Source: Bigelowiella natans CCMP2755
Lineage: Eukaryota > Protista > Cercozoa
Reading direction: 5' to 3'
Assembly: GCA_000320545.1 (NCBI GenBank)
Contig: ADNK01001858.1
Location: forward strand, 1-64,000
DNA: 64,000 nucleotides
How positions within the stretch are numbered: position 1 is the stretch's first letter; every line of letters starts with the position of its first letter. Shown here one piece after another: positions 55,328 through 64,000 of the stretch. Under the pieces are notes generated by a model. That model saw only the letters and a program-made list of their open reading frames with translations. It did no database searches and had not been told where the DNA came from. Both the position numbers and the translations under genes were made by a program.

Positions 55328-56551
55328 TCACAGATGAAACCCTAACGATTTATTACTGCGGCTTGGTGGAATTCCATCATCTGGATTCTGGCTTCGAGCA
55401 ACCTTGAGCATATTTGAATCTACTATGAAGCGCGCTGGTTTCATCAAATCGCTAATTTTGCCACTGTTTGGCACAAGTGTACGAAGAAGAGCTCCACTTT
55501 TCGGGTCAATTTCTAAACTCCAGGCCCCTGGATGGCCGAGGGTATTATTCGCTGTGAAGCTGCCGTTTGCATCCACAGATCCTGGCTTACCCTGACGTGA
55601 TATTATTTTGTAGCTGTCTCCGGTAATCATGATTGCTGCCCAATTATCGACACCAATTCCATACTCCCCTGAATGTCTCTGGAGCAATGAGGTGAAATCG
55701 GAGCTACGAAGAAGACCGTTCCCTTCTGTGACATCGTAATGAGGGCAGAAAAGTCCAGGAAGCACTGAGATACCAGGAACACGAATGTATGCCCAGGCAT
55801 TCATTTCTTCGGACGTCATTTTTGGGTTCAACAATGGTCCAGGAGGATTCTATTTATTCAAATCCATCATCAATGAGTACTCGTTATGAAAACAATCTTT
55901 GGACTTTCATTTTGGGTGAGCGTTATGAAAGGCCGACTACCTTGTAGCTGGAGGCTTCCATACTATCGGAGTGTCCTCCATCGAACCACAAAATTCCTCC
56001 AGCTGAACCTCCACATAGTACAGTTCCATTTTGCATAGCTTGTTTTATCATATTGTCGATCCCAAGCTTCACCCATCGGTCTCGTGCATAAAGAGTATTT
56101 CCACCTGAAGCTAAGATAATGTGTGCCCGCTCAAAAGCAGCTTTCAAGGCGGCTGTAGACGGACTTGATACTGCTATATTCAGGGCCTCTATGGTGCAAC
56201 CAGCATCACTGAAACCTTGAGTTTGCTTTTTCATTGGTTCAGGGCCATCGTAGGTGGCCGTACCAAGGTATAAAAGATGTGGTTTCTCTGAGAGGGAATA
56301 GAGAGAGAAAGAGAAAGATATAGAGTCTCAGGGTACAATCTTTGAATATGTATAATATGATCAATATATCCTGAAGCACAGACCAATGGGAGTCATTTCC
56401 ATGATCTCCTTGACAGTGGCGGCCTGACTAAGCATATCCAGTCCCGAACCAGCCGCATAAATCTTCACTGACCCCGAACTCGTCCTCGCTATCATCGATG
56501 GGAATATGGATGAGGAAAATTGCAAAATTTACTTAAGGTTTGTAAAAGCAT
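55328..56551 (-). CDS. Peptidase family S51 (dipeptidase E / cyanophycinase-like), about 4 exons
   Basis: KIYAAGSG, LLYLGTATYD, ILASGGNTLYARDRW, nucleophile elbow LCGGSAGGILWF, FCPHYD and GIGVDNWAA. Start codon uncertain. Confidence 0.85.
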
Positions 56552-56995
56552 CCTGTATCGATCAATCAGATACCCCTAGGTACATGCAACTTGCAACATG
56601 TTCATATTCGTGTGAATACATCATGTTCCATGAGATACGGATCCCATGCCACATGCATTCCATCCTTTGATATCCATCATTCTCATCTGTACCGTCCGCG
56701 CAGAGGTGGATCCAAAAGCACGCAATGTGGAGGATTCTCCCTAAGGCCTTGTGCCATGAAGGTTGGGAGAGCATGGGGATGTCCACACCTGTTGAGGAAT
56801 GCACGATTGCAGAATGCAATATTGAAGGCCTTCTCTAACATGCGACATGATGCATTTCAAGTCGTACCACAACAGCAACAAAATAGTTCTTCCAATTTCG
56901 CATGGGATATTATACAAGCGACATGGTTTTTTGTTAATTCTGTGGGCAGATACAGGTGTCTCGCAGGTTTGGTGCGGTAGGCCTACACACCTGAG

Positions 56996-58077
56996 ATGGC
57001 ATACATGATGGCACGAAGGATGTGCGCGCGAGCGGCGCTCGCCGTAAACCAAGGTCCCCGCCGATTTTTCAATTTTAGCTTTTTGAGAATTAAGAGCGAG
57101 GAAAATGTTGAGTTGGGCTGTGGGGTTGGACGCGAACAACTCAATACAACACGTATCAAAACAGTAAATGGAGCTGCCAGACCGTGCTTTTCTCGCCCAG
57201 TCGTCGCCTTTACTCCAAAGGTCGATCACTTCAGTAATAGTATACTACGGCGCTCTCTGAGTACCAGTTCATCGGCAGAAGCGAAGCACACAGCATTCAA
57301 GGTTGTGCACATAAAGTTGAACATTCGTGTTCCGACTGAATTTTAAACGTACAAGAATCATTCCAGAACTCTTTTTCTCAACGTTCCCATGGCTGTACTC
57401 TTCCTTATTTGTAGATCCAAAGAACTCGAAGTGGTAACTTACCGGTGTACCTCGACTATCGTAAGGGCAGGACAATGTGAGTATTGATGATCCGTCAAAT
57501 AATCCATAATACCTCTACGTTACATATTTGTATGACAAAGGATGAATATTTCAGGTGTATAACAATAGTGAGGCGAGTCAAAGGAAACCATAATGTACGG
57601 AGGCAATGAAGCATGTTCATCAATGCCAACCTTCGTGGCATATTCTGACGATTACGAAACTTTTGATCATCGTTTCGCACCCTCCCACAAACCTTCTCGA
57701 TAAGCTACATATGCGGCAAATATGCAATTGTTGTTTGGCAAGATATTTTGAGATGTTTGAATGTAGATTGATGAAGTAACCAACGTCTATAAACTATATA
57801 TGCTTGCTTTGGCTTATACTTTTGTTCCCCATCCCTTTGTCGATGTAAGGTCTTGGCTTCTGAATTACAGAGGCTTGTTGGGCACCAACACGCTGTCAAA
57901 GTATGTTGTTTACTATTGTTTTAGCTTGCAATCGATCAGTAGAGTAAGCTTAACGATGCTATTGGAATGTTTCAGGTGAAGGAGGGCAGCATTGAAATAG
58001 TCGGAGACCATAAGAAAGAAGTATCCGAAGCGTTGGAGCAATGGGGAGCTGTTCAAGCTACAATCTACAGTAGCTGA
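56996..58077 (+). CDS. MRPL49: Mitochondrial ribosomal protein mL49 (L49/Img2 family)
   Basis: Arg/Ser-rich presequence, then spliced AFK | IQRTRSGNLPVYLDYRKGRTM | CITIVRRVKGNHN | VLASELQRLVGHQHAVK | VKEGSIEIVGDHKKEVSEALEQWG..*. The RT.SGNLPVY and T..R.V.G motifs are characteristic. Confidence 0.88.
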
Positions 58078-58230
58078 AACAAAATGTAGCAATTTTTTAG
58101 CATGCACTAAGCAAATTAGGCTTGTTTTAATCATTCACTTGTAACATGCTGGATGCCAGTGCATTCGACCTGTACATTGCACACATGCATTTGCAAACAT
58201 GCAAGCATGCAAATGTGCACACGCAGCAAA

Positions 58231-58275
<45 letters not shown>

Positions 58276-58294
58276 ACATACATCTGGACATCTA

Positions 58295-58303
58295 GACATG
58301 TGT

Positions 58304-58347
<44 letters not shown>

Positions 58348-58785
58348 ATTTTGAGGCACACGCAAAATCGTCAACCAGCTCATTGCAACGTGTTGTGTGC
58401 GCCGCGAGTCAGAAATTCAGCTTGATGACGTGTTGATTGTGCACTGCATGCGGGAGCCATCTTCATCATCATGATCGAGAGAGGAATTGACAAGTGACGA
58501 TGTGCACGTGTTGCACGGAACGATGAGGATCGTTTGCACGATCATCGAAATTGATCACACAAGCCGTTGAAGCTGACCAGCTGAGCTCCGTCCACCCAAG
58601 TGTGCGTGTGGACACATCAACACAGTGATGATGCAATGCGTGCAATGTGCAAGACGGATGCAATGAATCAAATCAAGTTTGTTCAATGGTGTGATGCAAG
58701 TATAAGTTCTGTCTGGTCTGGTGGTGTTGAACCACGTGCGTCACAGTCCACGATGCCGTCTCTGTGTCCATCAAGCAGTGACGCA

Positions 58786-58828
<43 letters not shown>

Positions 58829-59193
58829 GTGTGCATGTGTGTGCTGTGAACGTGCATCAAAGAGCCAGTGAACAATGTGCATTTCCAGACTTGTTGCCAA
58901 CCTGGATGGCCAGGTGGGGCAAGCTAGCAAGCTTGACGAGCCAGCGAGTCCCATTGCAGGCATCGTCCCCGCAGCTCTCTTTTCAACACTTTGCAATTCT
59001 GTCGTGCTCCACTTTCAGTCGTTTTGCTGCTCTCCGTGTCCTGAGAAACGTTCGCACTTGCAAGAGTTTTTCGGACACCCTTCCCTTTTTGCTGGTCTCC
59101 ACCTGAGGGTTCAGCAGAACAATGAACAATGAACGAAGCATTGATGCAAAAACTGCATGAGCAAGAACCACATGGAAGAAATGCACAAACATG
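58295..59193. other. TpA-depleted intergenic island B
   Basis: Manual scan found only 3 TA in 899 bp (58701, 58703, 58925). Confidence 0.9.
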
Positions 59194-59547
59194 TAGCAGA
59201 ATGCAGGCTAGATGTGACCAGGGTCACCATCATTTCCTGTTCCATTTCTTTTTTTGTGTTCTCTTCGCCCCCCCCCCCTCTCGTGGATTGTTCAACCTCG
59301 ACCTCTCATTGCACTTGGCGTTTTTGCAATCCGACATTTTCGAAGCCTCGTCGTTTAGTCGGAGCGCCAAGCACAGAGTGGAAAACAACAACAACAATTT
59401 GACAGCTCCTATCAAAAACGACGGGAGACAAAAGAAAAGCTTGACAGCTTGACGTGACGCTCGGAAAAATGCGCGCACCGAGACACCGGACAACGACAAT
59501 CTGGGCTCTGCTATGATTGTGAGCGACAACCTTCGAACCAAGTCGTC

Positions 59548-60830
59548 ATGTCACAGATCATCAGTGTTGTTTGCGTCTTGTCCCGCTCCGGTTTTTTTTA
59601 TTTCAAATTGCGAACATTTCCAGGAATTTCACGAGTTCTAGTGAATCCCCTACCAGCAGACAGCAAAAGAATTGTTAACTCCATTTCATGTAACAGAGGC
59701 AGAGGGTCTAAGAATGTACGAGCAAGCATGGCTGTTGCTGTTCTCAGGTTCAAAACGAAAGAAGAGAAATTCTTCCTCTTACGTTCCAATCTAGATGCGA
59801 ACATTTTCAGTTTCTGGGGGCGTACAAAGTGGAATAGCATTGAGATTGTGTATGAATCCAAACAGCGTCTTTGCTCGGAGGAATTTACAAATGTGAGGGC
59901 TATGCTCCCATTGCCCGCTTCAAGCATTCAAGCATCAAACCCTATTGTACTCAGAATCATGGCCCTCGCATCGATGTTGCTGGCGATTGAGCTGCAACTA
60001 ACATTCTTCAAAGCCGGTTGGAGGGCTGTTCTTGCCTTTTCGGCGTCTTTTTATGTGAGTTTGAACGGGCACGATTTGTTCAAATATTAAGATGCTATTA
60101 AATAATTACTGAAGGTACTACTGGACATTGGGCTACTATTTACTCATCACCTGATGAAGGTTCCATCACATTGTTTGCACAATCTACAGTTTGAAGATCA
60201 TCACCAAAAATCTTTTGATAGTTTGTATAGGCTACTATGAATAAACAACCAACTGGAACGTTTTGGGAGCATGAAAAAGGGAAGATCGTTTTCCTTACTC
60301 TGATCCATGTACCTAGTACAATTTGCATACTAATTTTCGACAAAGCTTGGATCTCATTGATGAGGATCACAGGATCTACAATTTTGTTATTTTATTTAGC
60401 ATCTGAAATCTCATCAATCATAATACCATCTTCAATGAATCCACTAAGCATACCACATGAGAGGAAAACATGTGCAGTCTCTTGTGCAATCAAGAGGTCA
60501 ACTGGGAAGGAGAGACAGGCAGAGACATTGAATTCAAGAAGACGACGGAGTCAGAATGTAGCACTTTCTAAAAATAGAGGCTTGCTCGATGCAGGTTTTG
60601 TTGTATCGCTTCTTTGTTTCTTTCGAATCATTTTGATCGGGCTTTTTGCAATGGTCACAGCAAAGGGGGGTCTTGAGGCCAGCATGTGTGCCTGGCTAGC
60701 TAGCACTTTGCATCCAGCTACTGCATTTCGATTTGGGGAACGCATGCATTGCAAATGCATCATGCCATCTAGCTTGCTAGTCATGCTAGCTTGGCGGAAT
60801 GCACCACTGTCAAGATGTGCAAAACTATGA
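59548..60830 (+). CDS. Hypothetical multipass membrane protein or pseudogene, about 3 exons
   Basis: ORFs 59548-60090 and 60237-60830 join through GT-AG introns and a small exon (..FSASFY | VLLDIGLLFTHHLMK | ATMNKQP..). Several hydrophobic segments; both ends merge into TpA-depleted DNA. Confidence 0.45.
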
Positions 60831-60945
60831 AACACAACGTTTGTCTTCATGCAGTTTTGCACATTTGAATTGCCAGGATTTGTTCGATCCAAATGTTTAG
60901 ACACCTCGCTGCTGATTGAGGATTGAGCTCTCTCTCTGTTCATTA

Positions 60946-61494
60946 GCACCAAGCTGCAAAGGTGGCGTTTCGCCAGAACGATTGACGTTCACATGTCATC
61001 GGCGCTGCATCACACACAATCACGATGTCTGTGAGTGACTTGAGCGCCACAACTGCCAGACTGGGCCATGCTGATGTTCAGCAACACTCTGCATGCAAGC
61101 CACCAAATCAGCGTCGCCTTTTTCCTCAACTCCCAGATTGCAAGGAGGAAAAAGTTGAACCCGTGGTGGTTGCTACGATCAGTCGAACTTTCATCGGACA
61201 CTGCCAACAAACTCGGAACAGGCGTGCTTTGCGAAAATTGTCTGGAAATCATTGAGATGACACAGATGACACACAATCTTCCTAGCCAGTTCTAGCGCCA
61301 AAAATAGCTGTGGTTACACTGTGCACTCGCTGTGTTCACACCAAAGAAGAAGAAGAAGAAGAAGAAGAAGAAGAAGAAGCACAGAGGTGTGCACAGGGGA
61401 CAGGTGCTTTTGTGATCAGTTCGGCGCGACGACGATGGCAGATGACGACAGCGACTTGACTTTGCGACAAAGATTTGGCAAAGTTGTGGTGGAT
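60946..61494. other. TpA-depleted intergenic island C
   Basis: One TA in 60946-61282, a short cluster of 4 at 61283-61316, and none in 61317-61494. Confidence 0.85.
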
Positions 61495-61823
61495 TATGCC
61501 CCTGCGACAACCAACAACGTGATGCTACTACGACAAACACAAGGCTCTATTGGACTCATGACAACTTCGACTTCTTGTGGTTGAGGGACACAGTGCATTG
61601 GCTTGAAGTTTCTGCTGCGACAGCATGTTTGGTGTTGTCGCAATACAAAAATGTACTAGAAATAGAGGAGGGCTTCGATACGTCGTCTGTTTCGTTTCAA
61701 AAGAAAAGAGAATCGTTCGCCTTCCGCGTCCAGGTGGCGCTCATGCATGCGTGTTTGTGTGTTTGTGTTTGTGTTTGTGTGTGTGTTGTGTGTATGTGTG
61801 CGTGCGTGCGTGATAAGTCATAA

Positions 61824-62438
61824 TTATGCCTGCTTTTGTCTATCCTCTATCCCCGATAGGCTATTTTCCCTCCTTGACATCATCAAATCCCTTCCGATAC
61901 CGATAGAGAACGCACATCTTTTGAGAACCATCGGGACAAATATGCGCATAGCTTCGGCTTCGGCTTGGGCCTCAATCCTTGTCATAGGAGTTGCAGCCTC
62001 CCGTACATGCCGTAGAATTTTTCGCCATAAAAATAATTTTGTTTCTGCGTTACGAGCGAGACATCGCAGGAATGGATTGGTAACATATTCGGCGTCGGTG
62101 GGCAACAAGATTAAGGTGCGAGTTGTACCTGAATATTATGGATTGCAGTAGTTGTCGCAACAACATCCATTGTATTAGTTTTTGTCGTGGTTAGTAGCAG
62201 TAATAGCAGCAAGAGTATACACGTCCGTCTTTACGAGTTTTCGATGATGCAAAGATAGGCCTTTCATTACTATTATTGCCCCTTCTAAGCTCTGAATTTA
62301 TTTTTTATAGGTGGAGGATTTTGGGCTGCACGGAAGGGGTAGAGAACACGTGCAGATCGAGCTCCTTCCCGGTAAACTTGGATTTGGATATTTGTTATTC
62401 TTATCGTAGGTGTTTATGGGTTATAACCAGCAGCTACT

Positions 62439-62471
<33 letters not shown>

Positions 62472-64000
62472 TTCATCATTATATGTAGAGCCCCTCTTCC
62501 TCCCCCTCATCATAACTCCTACCACCCTTACCCTCGTTCCTCGTGCTATCAATTTTGCTCCTTGACTTCTTTCTAAATGATGACAGCGTACGGCCGAAAG
62601 CAACATCCTGAGACCGAGGTTGAGAAGCACATTGATGATATGTGGAGGTAGTTCCAAAGCCCTTTCAAGGGGAATTAATAAGTAGCCAGCACAATGGTTG
62701 TGGCGACAGACAGTAGTAGCAGCAGCAGCAGAAGATATTTGGAATGTTATAGTAGTAGAGGTAAAGAGAGGTAGGAGAAGGAGAGGGGAAAAGGAGTGAC
62801 TTGTCCCCAACCTCTTCAAATTGTAGTTAGCAGTCTATGCAATTTGGCATGCCCTCTTACGAATCATTCCCTTTCTCTTCCTCCTCCCTCTCCTCCTCCT
62901 CCTCCTCCTCCTCCTCCTCCTCCTCCTCCTCCTCCTCCTCCTGACTCTGGTTGCTTCTTGCCTGGCAGTGAACGGATGGCTGCAAACCCCAGACTGTTCA
63001 ATGGGACAAAGTTCCGATATGGGAGCTCCGGTAATTGAGAATAATCACAAGCAGCAATAAAACGAACAAAAGAACCTCAAGAGGAGGAATCTTGCCATTC
63101 CACGCGGCTACACACCTGCTGCATTTCGTTGCTATTCTCTGTAGCAGAGAATCGTAGATCCACAAATTCGTCGTATCTAAACAAATCTCATGTGCACGCG
63201 GAAATATCAGTTCAGATGTAGTATATACTGGTAGTTAGTAGCTGTGTATTGCTCTCAACTGCAGCAGCAAGTATTGCATCTATATGCTATTTGACCATCA
63301 CTGTTATCGATATCATCATTATCATCATCATCCTTCGGATTGCTCTCATTTACTCTTGATATGACAACTGGGTAGAGGTTCTCACACCAAGCTCGTCATC
63401 TGCATCCTCCTCCTCCTCTACTTCCTCCTCATCATCAAAGAAGAAAAAGATAATACCCCCCCTCAAATTGAAGCTTTGGTTTACAGATTACAGGTCATCA
63501 TCATACGACAACAACATATTAACACAAGTTTGTCATCATCATCTTAGTCATCATCATCATCATCGTCGTCGTCACCATCACCCTCTATCTCGTCCTCATA
63601 ATAGAACATATCTTGGAGCCGATCTTGGCCGCTACATCGACTCTCTCGTAAGCCGTTAACACGCCTACGCCTTAGCATTGGATTGAAATTCATGTATCTG
63701 ATTTCGGATGGATATACTTGCTTCTTCTTCGTATTCTTCATCGTCAATGTCATCAGGTGAGCTATGGTGACTCGAATCATGGTTCAAAGCATGCATTACT
63801 TTCAAGGAAATTAGGAGTATCATGCCTCTTGCTCACAGGATCATCATCATCATCATCATCATCATTATCATCATCATCATCATCATCGTCGTCACTACCA
63901 TCGTCATCATCGGATATCGTCCTCATCAAAAGATCCCATCACGTCGCAGTGGTAGTATCATATATTTGCAATATTTTTCTCCTTTTTTCTTTTCTTCTTC
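61824..64000 (-). CDS. 3' part of a hypothetical gene with acidic low-complexity exons (continues beyond window)
   Basis: Terminal exon-like frame ..LPTDAEYVTNPFLRCLARNAETKLFLWRKILRHVREAATPMTRIEAQAEAEAMRIFVPMVLKRC..* and upstream acidic blocks (DDIDDEEYEEEASISIRNQ; EEEVEEEEDADDELG; YDEFVDLRFSATE). Confidence 0.45.

Noticed and set aside
1-64000. CRISPR arrays, rRNA, tRNA, telomeric repeats, intact transposons or endogenous virus genes
   Set aside because: None recognised by eye. There is no repeat-spacer periodicity, cloverleaf or RT/transposase/capsid motif. Small ncRNAs cannot be excluded without covariance searches.

Overview
Eukaryotic nuclear DNA, roughly 40% GC by eye, gene-dense and intron-rich, with introns full of di- and trinucleotide microsatellites. 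A DUF3067 gene with a bipartite leader suggests an alga with a complex plastid; a chlorarachniophyte-like host is my inference only. Splicing exons by hand gives about 17 genes. These include the 3' part of an HBS1/eRF3-type GTPase, a 2OG-Fe(II) oxygenase, a divergent aldo/keto reductase, a paraoxonase-family propeller, an MLO-family protein with C-terminal EF-hands, a 3-ketoacyl-CoA reductase-type SDR, DUF3067, a C2H2 zinc-finger protein, a peptidase S51, mitochondrial ribosomal mL49 and several orphans, plus a probable LINE fragment. Most ORF-track entries are microsatellite or antisense artefacts. The most striking non-genic signal is a set of intergenic islands almost free of the dinucleotide TpA: 0 TA in 39470-39907, 3 in 58295-59193 and 1 in 60946-61282. 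These islands are rich in TG, CA and CG, and TA dinucleotides near them often survive as CTAG. This looks like a targeted, context-specific T:A to C:G hypermutation process, the reverse of RIP or CpG decay. All gene boundaries are manual and approximate.
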